From a virus (lineage: Duplodnaviria; Caudoviricetes): a DNA stretch of 28,789 nt. The stretch lies in IMG/VR virus record IMGVR_UViG_3300020042_008991, positions 1-28,789 of that record. One strand, written 5' to 3'. The notes beneath the pieces are model-generated. The model did no database searches. It saw nothing but the letters and a program-made list of their open reading frames with translations, and was not told where the DNA came from. Shown piece by piece: positions 1-9,564 of the stretch (position 1 is the stretch's first letter; every line of letters begins with the position of its first letter). The position numbers and the translations under genes were made by a program.

Positions 1-2
1 TC

Positions 3-1820
3 TTGGGTTCTATCGTTAACCCTATGGCGCGTTTTGCGCAGATGGGCGCAGACAAGGCCGCGATGCTTGGTCAAGAAGCCAACATCATTGGCGGACGGAT
101 CATGACTCAGGGTTTTCCCCAACAGTTCCCCGGAATCTTGGAGAACATCCGTGGCCCCGGTGGCCGCTTCTTGGCTGAACAGACCTTAAAGTATCCAACG
201 CTGACCCAGCATTTGGGTAATGTTGGTAATAAATTAGCGGAGCAATACCCTCGCGTGGCGGGAGCAGTCAATACGGTTACTCAGCCTGCCGTTGCAGCGG
301 CAGGAGCGCTTGGTGCGTCTATTCCCATCATTAATAGCATGGCGCCTTCAGCGAAGCGCTCTCCTGAAGAAGAGGCACAGTTCCAAGAGTTGCTAAGAAG
401 GATTCCAACAAACAGCGAATTCCCAACACTTCCGGGAGGTCCAGTCCCTCCTGTTAATGCAGATGAGCCTCCTCCTGTTCCATCCGGAGCGAAGAAGCCT
501 GCAGTCCCTGTATCCCCTGCTGCGATCACGGGGGAAAAGACTACAGATGAATTTATCAAGGACCAAGGCAGACCTGCCGCTGGTGCTAATTTAACAAGCA
601 TTATTCCTTCCTCTTCTGCTAAGACAGATGTAGAAACCATTCGTGAGAAATACAAGGAATACGGCCCACTGTTCAAAGAGATTTTGGGTGACAACAACGA
701 TGACATGCGTGCAAACGCTATGCTGTTGTTGGCTGATGCTGGATTTAAATATGCCAGCGCCCGTCCTACTGCAGGTTCAACCCCTGTTACAATCTTTTCA
801 GAAGCGGTTGCCGATTTGCCAAGAGGCGTTGCATCTCTTGTTGCACAAGCAAGAGACCGCAAAGTCAAAATCGATACTGCTGCTTTGTCTCAAGCCATTA
901 CAGATGTTTCGACAGAGAAGAAAGCAATGGCAACACTCAGGTCAGACATCATCAAAGGCGACTACCGCCTCTTGGTGGAGCAAGCCAAACAAGGTGGCGG
1001 AACACTGGAAGACGGTGGCGCAGGCTTGGTTATCGCAAAAACTTCAAAGGGTGGATTTGTTGGTGTGTCTATCGATCCAAAGAACCCTACAGTTCAATCG
1101 GCTGTTTCAAGCCGTTGGACACTGAGTGACGCCAACCCGTTTGTTGAATTCCGTGGCCAAGCTCCTACAACTGTTGAGACAGATAAGCAAGAAAGAACCA
1201 AGCTCACCGGAACTCTGCGCTCTTTAGACAACAGTCTGTCTACGCTTGAAAACCTCAAAGGAGAGTTTGCAAATGCATACGGCCCCGGAGCATGGTTTAA
1301 CGACAAGGTCAACAACCTGCTTGTTCCTGTCTTACCTACTGCACTTGTCCGTCCTGACGTCAATCTGGTAGATACAAAAACTCGTATAAACACAGGTTTG
1401 AATTCCATCATCAAGAACATTGCCTCTGCTAATGACAGCGGACGTGTTGCGGTGCAGGAACAAGAATGGGCCAAGAAGACGGCAGCGGATATTGAAAACC
1501 CAACAGCGTTCTTCCAAGACAAAGAGTTGGCTGCCAAGCAGTTCAACAGTATGGAAACCATGTTGCGTAATTCACGTCAACAGGTCCTGACCCAGTTGGG
1601 ATATGAGGGCAATGACTACGTCATGCGCACGCCTAATACAGGGACAAGGAGTGATCCGTTTGTTATTCCTGCTGACCCTACTGCACAGAAACAAATGTTT
1701 AATTTCCTTGGCAACAGCCTTGGTAAGATTCAACAACCAAATGCAATTGTGTATTTGAAGTTCTCTAACAATACAACTCAACCGTTCGCTCCCGGACAAT
1801 TGAAAGAACTGGTGAAATGA
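3..1820 (+). CDS. Probable internal virion (ejection) protein, likely 5'-truncated by the window edge
   Basis: 605-codon frame open from the edge; Ala/Gly/Pro/Gln-rich, no Cys; stop overlaps the next start (ATGA); function inferred from composition and position. Confidence 0.55.
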   Translation: MGSIVNPMARFAQMGADKAAMLGQEANIIGGRIMTQGFPQQFPGILENIRGPGGRFLAEQTLKYPTLTQHLGNVGNKLAEQYPRVAGAVNTVTQPAVAAAGALGASIPIINSMAPSAKRSPEEEAQFQELLRRIPTNSEFPTLPGGPVPPVNADEPPPVPSGAKKPAVPVSPAAITGEKTTDEFIKDQGRPAAGANLTSIIPSSSAKTDVETIREKYKEYGPLFKEILGDNNDDMRANAMLLLADAGFKYASARPTAGSTPVTIFSEAVADLPRGVASLVAQARDRKVKIDTAALSQAITDVSTEKKAMATLRSDIIKGDYRLLVEQAKQGGGTLEDGGAGLVIAKTSKGGFVGVSIDPKNPTVQSAVSSRWTLSDANPFVEFRGQAPTTVETDKQERTKLTGTLRSLDNSLSTLENLKGEFANAYGPGAWFNDKVNNLLVPVLPTALVRPDVNLVDTKTRINTGLNSIIKNIASANDSGRVAVQEQEWAKKTAADIENPTAFFQDKELAAKQFNSMETMLRNSRQQVLTQLGYEGNDYVMRTPNTGTRSDPFVIPADPTAQKQMFNFLGNSLGKIQQPNAIVYLKFSNNTTQPFAPGQLKELVK

Positions 1821-4800
1821 CAACTCTTACCAATGCCAATGGAGAATTAGTTGATCTAACTACTGGCGAGGTAATGGGCCGTGCGCAAGGTGCACCTACT
1901 ACTGTTGCAGACCCACGCAAGAACACCGGAGCTCCGGATCAGATCGTGGCTAACCCTTTGATGGGCTTGCTACAAAACACAACTTGGGGTTTTAACTCTG
2001 CTTTGTTTGCATTACCGGACGCACTTGTTACACAAATTGGCAAGCAAATCTTTCGTCAAAAGCCAGAAGAGACCGTCACACTCACCAAGCTCTTCAACTC
2101 TGGCGAAGTTGCTCCTCGTAATGTAGAAGAGCGCTATGCCCGTGCCGCTGGTGAAGGCCTTGGTGGCACATTGCCTTTTACTGGAGTCTTAGCCGCTGCT
2201 GCGCGTATGCGCCCTATGGTCATGGCCGCCACACCTAGCGCAGGAATCATCAAGAGTATTGCCAATGATGCCATTCAAATGGTGCAAAGGTCCCCAATGA
2301 AAGCGGCCGCATTAGATATGGCTTTTGGTGTAGGGTACGAAGGCCTTCGACAGGCGGTTGAAGAAAACGTAAGCGATGAAAACCAATACAAACCACTGCT
2401 CAAGGAACTGTTACCAGCAGCTACTTTTGTAGGCTTGCCTTTGGCTGCAGCCACATTGAGTCCAACAGCTTTAGCAGTGCGTGGCGGAAAAGAATTACAA
2501 AACAAACTTGTCAACAATCTGGGCGAAGTGGGACAGGATGTCTTGGCCCAAGAAACGGGATTGTTCAAACTGCCCGGCATCAGGATTGTTCCTTCTATTT
2601 TGATTGGCCGTGCGGAAAAGAAATTAAGTGGTGTTTTTGCAGACATTCAAAAGAATCCAGAAGCGTTGAAAGCCTTGGATGAGCTCAACACAATCTTGGC
2701 TAACCCTGATGTGGAAAAGCTTGGATTCCAATTTGGCGTGGCAGAACGCTACATGGACCCTGCGTTGTTACAGAAGCAAGCAGAGACGCTTCAAGGCATG
2801 TCCCCCAAGGACCTAGCGCCTTTCCGCAAGCAGTACGCTGAGAACCAAGCCAAGCTTGAGCAGTTGTTCTCTACGTTCTCTCCTGATTCACGCAAGACGG
2901 TGGAAGAAGCATTCCGTGCAGCGCAACAACAGCGCCAAACATTATTTGATGATTTATTGTCCCAGCGCCAGACTCTGACTGATTCAGAAAAAGCGTTACT
3001 GTCTCAACGCCTTGGGCCTCAGAACCCTGACCAACTTAACAATGAGCTTCGCGGTGTTTTGATGTCTGGTATGGAGATGGATGCGGGCATGCGCCAAAGC
3101 ATTTTGAAACGCATGGGCCTTAAACAAGCCATGGCACCTGATGGCACACCAATGCCTACACGGGCAGATGGAAAGTCTTTATTTCCAGCAAGGGATATGG
3201 AAGCTGCGGCCACTGCGTTGATTGAGAAATACAAGCCAGAGCGTCCTTCCCTGCGGGTCAGTACTCCTGAGCCAGTGCAGTTGCTTGAGCGCTTTGTCAA
3301 GGGTCAGCAACAGGCCAGAGATGCCATGACAGACAAGATGCTAGTGCAGTTGACTGATCAGGCAATCAACGAGCAGCTTGGACCACTTGCCAAAGATATG
3401 CCTGCTGACTTTCAGAAAGCATTGCGTGACTCTGTCCTACAACTAGTACGAGGTGACACGGCTAAGGGTTCTAAGCGCAAAGTTACTCTGGCTGATATTG
3501 CTGCCACTCCAGACAAGGAAGGCATGATCACTGTAGCTACCGGCATACCGGGGCGCAAAATCTACGTCAATCCCGGACAGTTGCAGAAAGACGCGCAACG
3601 TATTGCTGCAGCCAATACGGGCATCGACATCAACGTACCAGAAGCCTTGGACTACTTACAGTCCGCCCAGCGCTTCCGTAACGATTCTCTTGGCCGCTAT
3701 AACGCTGCCATGATGAAGGGCCGTACCCGTCTGACGGATGCTCAACGCATCATTGATACAGGCAACTCTGTGTTCAATGATGTAGAGAAATTGATCATGG
3801 ACCACGTGCCAAAGATCAAGCAAGAGTATCAAGGCATGAAAATGATCCTTGATGACTACAAAGCAGGCTACGAGCAAAGCCTGCCTTTGTTAATGACACA
3901 GAAAACCCGTGGGGGTCAGGAATACTATCTGCCCAACGAAGACCTGATGGCCACAGCATTTAAGAACGCTGATCGTTTGCGTCAATTGCAGATAACCATA
4001 GGTAATAACCCTCAGGGCAAGGAGCTGTTGGAAAAAGGAGCTGTTGACTGGGTTCGCAGCAAACCTATTTTTGACAAGGATGGTCTGATTGACGCGACCA
4101 AACTGCGCCGTGTCATGGACCAGAACAAAAACATTGTTGAAGCCCTCCCTGCCAGCGTGCGATTAAAGATTGAAGACGAAGCCAAGTTTGCTGACGATAT
4201 TGCCATTCGTTTAGCAGAAATTGATCAGCGCCGTATTCAAGCCAAGGACGCAGAACTTGATAACCTTTTGGCAAAGTCTTCGCGTGCAGATGCTAGTCCT
4301 AGACAGACCCTAGAAAAGGCAATCAAGGACCCTGCAACGATGCGCAGTTTAGTCAACGAGATGAGTAAAGACCCAGAGAATCTGGCCTCCTTACGTCGTT
4401 CCGTTTACGACTTAGCTACCGAAGGTGCGGCCAAAGGGGGCGCGCTAGAAGTCTTCTTGCGCAATAACGAAAAGTCTTTGAAGGTGCTGTATGGTGGCAC
4501 AGGCCATTATGACAACCTACTACAGTTGGCCAGCATGCAGCGACGCGTCAACGCGTTTGCCGACGTTACTGGACAAGTGCCTGCCTTTGATACGCTAGAC
4601 CAGCAGCTACAGAGCCTGTTTGGCGTCAGTATTCCTTACTTGACTACCAGTATCCGTAACGTAGCGATGCGTAACGTCTCTAAAGAAACCATGCTGGTGA
4701 CTTTGGGCACACGTCTACTCAACGCCAAGGAAGCAAAAGTGTTTGAGCGTATGTTCACCAAAGCCTTGGAGGACCCCAAGTTTGCACAGAAGATGACTAG

Positions 4801-5194
4801 TTTGAACACCCCTGCTGCAGCGGCGGCCGTGGCCAAGGAACTACAGAACTTTGGTATGTCTCCTAGGCGTTTGGCTGAAGTATTGACAGCTCCTGCGGCA
4901 TCCCGTGGGGCTGTGCTCGAGGCACAGGATTTGGCCCAACAAGGCAATCCGCCCGTCCCTGTTTCTACCAATGTTTCACGTGGAACATCTGCCGCACAAA
5001 TGCTCAAGGCCCAGCCAATAGCGCCAGCAACCCGTGGTACAAACTTCAACCCACGTATGCCAACGACGCCACAGGTCACTCCCGGCCAGCAGCAGATACC
5101 TCTGATGTATCCTGCCATGTTCCCCAATGACCCAATCAGCGCGCTGTTACAGCAACGTCAGGCGCAGGTACAACCACGGCCCCCGGGCATGTAA
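1817..5194 (+). CDS. Large probable internal virion (ejection/core) protein, 1125 aa
   Basis: Long Ala/Leu/Gln-rich Cys-free ORF with N-terminal Gly/Ala hydrophobic stretches and a Pro/Gln-rich tail, at the end of a structural block. Confidence 0.6.
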   Translation: MTTLTNANGELVDLTTGEVMGRAQGAPTTVADPRKNTGAPDQIVANPLMGLLQNTTWGFNSALFALPDALVTQIGKQIFRQKPEETVTLTKLFNSGEVAPRNVEERYARAAGEGLGGTLPFTGVLAAAARMRPMVMAATPSAGIIKSIANDAIQMVQRSPMKAAALDMAFGVGYEGLRQAVEENVSDENQYKPLLKELLPAATFVGLPLAAATLSPTALAVRGGKELQNKLVNNLGEVGQDVLAQETGLFKLPGIRIVPSILIGRAEKKLSGVFADIQKNPEALKALDELNTILANPDVEKLGFQFGVAERYMDPALLQKQAETLQGMSPKDLAPFRKQYAENQAKLEQLFSTFSPDSRKTVEEAFRAAQQQRQTLFDDLLSQRQTLTDSEKALLSQRLGPQNPDQLNNELRGVLMSGMEMDAGMRQSILKRMGLKQAMAPDGTPMPTRADGKSLFPARDMEAAATALIEKYKPERPSLRVSTPEPVQLLERFVKGQQQARDAMTDKMLVQLTDQAINEQLGPLAKDMPADFQKALRDSVLQLVRGDTAKGSKRKVTLADIAATPDKEGMITVATGIPGRKIYVNPGQLQKDAQRIAAANTGIDINVPEALDYLQSAQRFRNDSLGRYNAAMMKGRTRLTDAQRIIDTGNSVFNDVEKLIMDHVPKIKQEYQGMKMILDDYKAGYEQSLPLLMTQKTRGGQEYYLPNEDLMATAFKNADRLRQLQITIGNNPQGKELLEKGAVDWVRSKPIFDKDGLIDATKLRRVMDQNKNIVEALPASVRLKIEDEAKFADDIAIRLAEIDQRRIQAKDAELDNLLAKSSRADASPRQTLEKAIKDPATMRSLVNEMSKDPENLASLRRSVYDLATEGAAKGGALEVFLRNNEKSLKVLYGGTGHYDNLLQLASMQRRVNAFADVTGQVPAFDTLDQQLQSLFGVSIPYLTTSIRNVAMRNVSKETMLVTLGTRLLNAKEAKVFERMFTKALEDPKFAQKMTSLNTPAAAAAVAKELQNFGMSPRRLAEVLTAPAASRGAVLEAQDLAQQGNPPVPVSTNVSRGTSAAQMLKAQPIAPATRGTNFNPRMPTTPQVTPGQQQIPLMYPAMFPNDPISALLQQRQAQVQPRPPGM

Positions 5195-5203
5195 GGAATA
5201 GAA

Positions 5204-5575
5204 ATGGAAATGATTGGACGCCTAGTCGGCACATTGTTCTTGGCCCGTGAGTACGCCCACAGGGCACACTTAAGCGTCACCGGCCCCGGTAGCTTTGCCA
5301 AGCATTCTGCGTTGGGCGAGTTCTACACAGGCATCATTGACATCGCCGATACGATTACAGAGACCTATCAGGGCCGTCACAGCATCATTGAAATCCCTTA
5401 TCTTCCAATGATTGAGCAGGATGATCCTGTCAAAGCACTGGAAGAACTACTCGATGACGTAGAGAAGATTCGCTACGACGCTGTAGACAAGAAAGACACC
5501 GCCATTCAGAACCTGATTGACGAGTCAGTCGCTACATTCCTATCTGCGTTATACAAGCTCAAGAACCTCAAGTAA
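5204..5575 (+). CDS. Ferritin/Dps-like four-helix protein (DUF5856-like)
   Basis: AHRAHL, FAKHSALGEFY, ETYQG and C-terminal LYKL motifs; SD AAGGA upstream. Confidence 0.7.
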   Translation: MEMIGRLVGTLFLAREYAHRAHLSVTGPGSFAKHSALGEFYTGIIDIADTITETYQGRHSIIEIPYLPMIEQDDPVKALEELLDDVEKIRYDAVDKKDTAIQNLIDESVATFLSALYKLKNLK

Positions 5576-6308
5576 TGCAGTTGCCGTCCCCTTCGACGGC
5601 ACTTAGGTCCGGGCCCACAAGGCTCGGACTTTTTTTGGCGTATTCATCGACACGGCGCATCCACATATCCTTGTAGCCATCAAACTCCCGCCCACATGTA
5701 ATGAATTCTCGGGTCTCCCCATTCTGGGCAACCATCATGATTACCCCCTGATCGATCGTTGTTCCATGCGCTATGTCATGCGCGCAAGCGTAAGCAGCCA
5801 ACTGGACAAAGTAATCTTCAATCCACTTGCGCTCTTTCATCTTGTTGGCCTGTTTAAAGTCAACGATTGAGGGTTTTCCCCTATATACACCAATACAGTC
5901 AGAAGTTCCGGCGTACTTGGCAGGGTAGTACAGAGGTATTTCTGCGCCCCAGACTTCCTGTACATGCGGGAAGAATTCTTCAATCAGCCGGTAGCCCATC
6001 CAATAGCCTTTGACCGCGAGCCATGTTCTGGGTACGGGTAAATCCCTATTTATCAGCAATCTTTCCACGACGTTGTGCATGTGCGTGCCTACTGCAGCAG
6101 CGTCATTTTTAATCCTGTCCGCTTCTACGTGCCCAACCCTCGCGGCCCACGCCTCTAAGTGTGCTTTATCTTTAGTCCCAGATAGGATAGTTGTGACACT
6201 TGGAACAGCAGGCTGCCCTTCCAAGGTATACGTCCTGCCTGTTGGTGCATCTATGCGCTGTAGACGGGGGTATTTGTAGCGCGGGCGCAGTGGAATTAAT
6301 TGCATCAT
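5568..6308 (-). CDS. PD-(D/E)XK exonuclease (RecB/MGME1-like phage family)
   Basis: PSVTTILS, GTHMH, E..YAGTSD..IVDFK, YFVQLAAY motifs. Confidence 0.85.
   Translation of the reverse strand: MMQLIPLRPRYKYPRLQRIDAPTGRTYTLEGQPAVPSVTTILSGTKDKAHLEAWAARVGHVEADRIKNDAAAVGTHMHNVVERLLINRDLPVPRTWLAVKGYWMGYRLIEEFFPHVQEVWGAEIPLYYPAKYAGTSDCIGVYRGKPSIVDFKQANKMKERKWIEDYFVQLAAYACAHDIAHGTTIDQGVIMMVAQNGETREFITCGREFDGYKDMWMRRVDEYAKKSPSLVGPDLSAVEGDGNCIT
5605..5636 (+). terminator. Intrinsic terminator of the structural operon
   Basis: AGGTCCGGGCC-CACAA-GGCTCGGACTT stem (two G-U pairs) running into a T tract; second hairpin TGCCGTC/GACGGCA at 5582-5601. Confidence 0.7.
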
Positions 6309-7756
6309 TTGATCCAGTCCTTTAGGTCTTCGCCCAGCACTTGCGAGGCTATGTTGATTTTGTTTCTAAGCGCTTTGACAATGTGCTCATCAACCGTGTT
6401 AGGGCTGATGAAATCAATGTAAGTCACCTTGCTTGTTTGCCCAATCCTGTGGGCCCTGTCTTCTGATTGAAGGCGCACCTCCAAGTCAAAACTATTGCTG
6501 TAGTAGATGACTGTCTTTGCAGCAGTCAAAGTCAACCCGTATCCGCCTGTGCGGGGGTTGCCTACGAAGAAGCGCAACTCGCTGTCCATGTCTTGGAACT
6601 TGGTCACAATCTCTTGCCTCTCCTCGGCCTCTGTATCGCCGTAGTAAGTAGCCACAGCGGTCATGCCGTACTCCTTTTGCAGAGCTGCTTTGATGTTCTC
6701 AATATCGCGTCTGTAGTTGGCCCAGATGATGATCTTGCCGTTGCATTCTTCGATGGTGGACAACAACTCGTTGACCCTGTTGTTTGGGATATCTACTTGC
6801 CTGCCATCGTCGTACTTCACGTGGCCACAGCATATCTGGTGCAGCCGCATGATCTGGGTCAAAGCATTGTTAGTAGACATCAAATTTCCATCGACCAGCG
6901 CCAACGCCATGAGCTTCATTTGATCGTAGTATTTCTTCTGTTCCGCAGTGAGTTCAATGTCTCTACGCACAAAGACTTTGTCTGGTAAATCCAAGCATTC
7001 ATCTTTGGTCACGCGGTAGGAAAAGTCACCCAGCTTTTTCTGCAATTCATCCAAGTGTCGATAGCCAACAATCTGCTTGAATGTATGCGTGGCCAGCTTG
7101 CGTTCAACAAGGACCGCATAGCGAGCTTGGAAGGCATAAAAACTGTGGTAGTTGAGGTTGCCATTGCCTAAGAATTCGCACTGGCTGTAGAGGTCCAGAG
7201 GGGACTTAGTAACGGGGGAGCCAGTAGCAATTCTCCTGTACCGCGCTTCACGGCCCACTTTCACAATGCTTTTTGTACGCTTAGATGTTGGTGTCTTGAT
7301 GGTGGTGGATTCATCAATTGCCATAAACGCATTAGTTACACGCAAAAACGTGCGAGCAAAGGCACTACCTTTTTCCGTGCTAAACGCTTCTATGTTCATC
7401 ACCAAAATGCGTAATGTCTCTACAGAATTTAGCATCTTGTCCATCTCCGCTTTCTCTGCTTTTCTCGGCGTAGGAGACCATGCAGCCATGGTGTATGTGA
7501 TGTGATCTGGCATATGCTTTGGCACCTCAGAGGTATACCAGTTGCGGTACACGCCCTTAGGCGCAACAATCAGCATAGCGTTGATCTTGCCCTTGTCGTA
7601 TAGCATGGCAGTGTTGTTGATGAGCATGAAGCTCTTGCCTGTGCCCATATCGGCAAACAAAGCTACCTCCGGGTCCTCCCAGAAACGCTGTAAATACGCG
7701 GCCTGATGGAGATACGGCTGGTTCTTAAACGGGTAGTGCTGCAAAAAATAACTCAT
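6305..7756 (-). CDS. SNF2-family (SF2) helicase
   Basis: DMGTGKS Walker A, IDEST Walker B, ATGSP, GGYGLTLT, QSEDRAHRIGQ. Confidence 0.92.
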   Translation of the reverse strand: MSYFLQHYPFKNQPYLHQAAYLQRFWEDPEVALFADMGTGKSFMLINNTAMLYDKGKINAMLIVAPKGVYRNWYTSEVPKHMPDHITYTMAAWSPTPRKAEKAEMDKMLNSVETLRILVMNIEAFSTEKGSAFARTFLRVTNAFMAIDESTTIKTPTSKRTKSIVKVGREARYRRIATGSPVTKSPLDLYSQCEFLGNGNLNYHSFYAFQARYAVLVERKLATHTFKQIVGYRHLDELQKKLGDFSYRVTKDECLDLPDKVFVRRDIELTAEQKKYYDQMKLMALALVDGNLMSTNNALTQIMRLHQICCGHVKYDDGRQVDIPNNRVNELLSTIEECNGKIIIWANYRRDIENIKAALQKEYGMTAVATYYGDTEAEERQEIVTKFQDMDSELRFFVGNPRTGGYGLTLTAAKTVIYYSNSFDLEVRLQSEDRAHRIGQTSKVTYIDFISPNTVDEHIVKALRNKINIASQVLGEDLKDWIK

Positions 7757-7784
7757 TCTTTCTCTCTTTCTTTGAAAAAGGGTA

Positions 7785-7812
7785 TTGACAACCCCAAAAC
7801 ATAGTGTACACT
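7785..7812 (+). promoter_or_regulatory. Sigma70-type promoter of the replication operon
   Basis: TTGACA (7785-7790), 16 nt, TACACT (7807-7812), in the divergent intergenic gap. Confidence 0.75.
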
Positions 7813-7816
7813 ATGT
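7799..7816. promoter_or_regulatory. Perfect 18-bp palindrome over the -10 box (operator candidate)
   Basis: ACATAGTGTACACTATGT. Confidence 0.6.
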
Positions 7817-7844
7817 GGACGTTTTAAGAAAGGAGAGCGTAAAC

Positions 7845-8174
7845 GTGACAACTGTATATATCGTTCAAGAGATGCCGAACCATGACCTTGCGGCTGCAAT
7901 GAAGTTTGGAGAGATGGAGGTACTACTGCCTTCAAATACCCAGATCGCATTCAGCACTGTGCCAACGGTTCGCACCCTGCGCAGGAAACTGCGTGACTAC
8001 AAAGATGGGGACTACCTGTTACTGACTGGAGACCCTGTAGCTATCGGCTTGGCCTGCTCGATAGCTGCTTTCTATAACTCTGGCCGCTTCACTGCGTTAA
8101 AGTGGGATCGCCGTGAAAAGGTGTACCTACCTGTTAAAATTGACATCACCGAGAATGGAGAAAGAGATGACTAA
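7845..8174 (+). CDS. Conserved phage hypothetical protein, possible small CARF/Rossmann-like fold
   Basis: GTG start at 7845 after SD AGGAGAG (the track start at 7785 lies in the -35 box); GDYLLLTGDP and LKWDR motifs. Confidence 0.75.
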   Translation: MTTVYIVQEMPNHDLAAAMKFGEMEVLLPSNTQIAFSTVPTVRTLRRKLRDYKDGDYLLLTGDPVAIGLACSIAAFYNSGRFTALKWDRREKVYLPVKIDITENGERDD

Positions 8175-8724
8175 TATCACTGATATTTTTGAGCAAGACG
8201 CTGGTGCTTTGACTGTTAAAAACGAAGACTTGTCTTCGGTTGGTGCTTTGGCTAAACGGGCCAAGGAACTAGAAGCAGACCTCAAGGAACTAGAAGACAC
8301 CATAAGCGAGCGCAAGAACCAATTGCGCAAACTACTTGAAGAAACCATTCCTGCAATGCTCCAAGAGCTAGGCATGGCTGACTTCACAATGGCTGACGGT
8401 AGCAAGATTACTGTTAAGCCCTTCTATAGCGCGAGCATTCCAGAAGAGAACCGCGCTCAAGCATACGAATGGTTGCGAGACCATGGGTATGACGACATCA
8501 TTAAGAACACTGTGTCTGTTCGTTTTGGCCGAGGCGAAGACGGACTATGCGACACATTACTGAATCAACTGCGCGAGCAAAACTATCCAGTCGAGCAAGC
8601 GCAGAAGATCGAGCCCCAGACCTTGAAAGCTTGGGTTCGCGAACAGGTGGAACGCGGAAGCGAGTTCCCCTCCGAGCTGTTTGGCGTATACGTAGGCCAA
8701 AGAGCAACCATCAAATCAGCATGA
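8167..8724 (+). CDS. Conserved phage replication-module protein (gp33-like; coiled coil plus alpha/beta domain)
   Basis: ATG at 8167 after GGAGAAAGAG; AYEWLRDHGYDDIIK and QTLKAWVRE motifs; sits before the SSB-like gene. Confidence 0.75.
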   Translation: MTNITDIFEQDAGALTVKNEDLSSVGALAKRAKELEADLKELEDTISERKNQLRKLLEETIPAMLQELGMADFTMADGSKITVKPFYSASIPEENRAQAYEWLRDHGYDDIIKNTVSVRFGRGEDGLCDTLLNQLREQNYPVEQAQKIEPQTLKAWVREQVERGSEFPSELFGVYVGQRATIKSA

Positions 8725-8740
8725 TAAAAGGAAGCTAAAA

Positions 8741-9517
8741 ATGGCTAAGAACGAAGTTGCAGTAAAAGAAGCCAACACTGCATTGGCATTAGTAAGTGAT
8801 TTTGAACAAGACGCTAATGGCGGTTTTGAGAGTATGGGTCAGGAAGACTTTGCGCTTCCCTTTCTCAAACTTTTGACGAATACTAGCCCAGAAGTGGGCG
8901 AAGTTAAAGGCGCAAATCCCGGCTTCATTATGAACACCGTCACTGGTGAACTCTATGACGGCAAGGAAGGAATCACTGTTGTTCCCGTGGCTTATGTGCG
9001 TCAGTACATTGAGTGGGCACCACGCGGTTCAGGTGGAAGCGGAGCACCCGTGAACATCTATCCCGCTACGTCAGACATCCTGACACGCACTCACAAAGAG
9101 CCCGGTGATAACAAGGACTATTTGGACAACGGTAACTACATTGAAAACACCGCCAATCACTATGTGATGGTGATCAATGACAACGGCGTCCCTGAGCCTG
9201 CACTCATTAGCATGAAATCCACTCAGCTTAAAAAGAGCCGAAAGTGGAACAGCATGTTGATGTCAACGAAGTTGATGGGCAAAGGTGGCCCATACACCCC
9301 TCCTATGTATTCACATACATACCGTCTCACTACACAGGCCGAATCGAACGATAAGGGCAAGTGGTACGGCTGGGAGATTGAAAAAGTTGGTCCTATCGAA
9401 GACATGAATCAGTATCAAGCCGCCAAGGCTTTTGCCACACAAGTAGGTGCTGGTGAAGTCAAGGTCAAGCATGAGCATGAAGGCGCTACAGGTAGCGCTT
9501 CCGCTGCACCGTTCTGA
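8741..9517 (+). CDS. Putative single-stranded DNA-binding protein
   Basis: LPFLKLL, YIEWAPR, MKSTQLKKSRKWN, ESNDKGKWYGW motifs; flexible tail ending APF; position before primase. Confidence 0.65.
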   Translation: MAKNEVAVKEANTALALVSDFEQDANGGFESMGQEDFALPFLKLLTNTSPEVGEVKGANPGFIMNTVTGELYDGKEGITVVPVAYVRQYIEWAPRGSGGSGAPVNIYPATSDILTRTHKEPGDNKDYLDNGNYIENTANHYVMVINDNGVPEPALISMKSTQLKKSRKWNSMLMSTKLMGKGGPYTPPMYSHTYRLTTQAESNDKGKWYGWEIEKVGPIEDMNQYQAAKAFATQVGAGEVKVKHEHEGATGSASAAPF

Positions 9518-9522
9518 TCCTA

Positions 9523-9543
9523 GGGGGAGGCAACCCCTCCCCC
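9523..9543 (+). other. Intergenic GC-rich stem-loop without U tract (mRNA stabiliser or pause)
   Basis: GGGGGAGG-CAACC-CCTCCCCC between the SSB-like and primase genes. Confidence 0.5.
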
Positions 9544-9564
9544 GCCTTCCGATAGAGATACAAG

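Noticed and set aside
281-5127. Antisense and alternate-frame ORFs inside the virion genes
   Set aside because: Fully overlap long coding frames and lack RBS or motifs
9549-9560. CCGATAGAGATA, similar to the promoter half-site
   Set aside because: No upstream CTATCG arm or -35; overlaps the primase RBS region and may be chance
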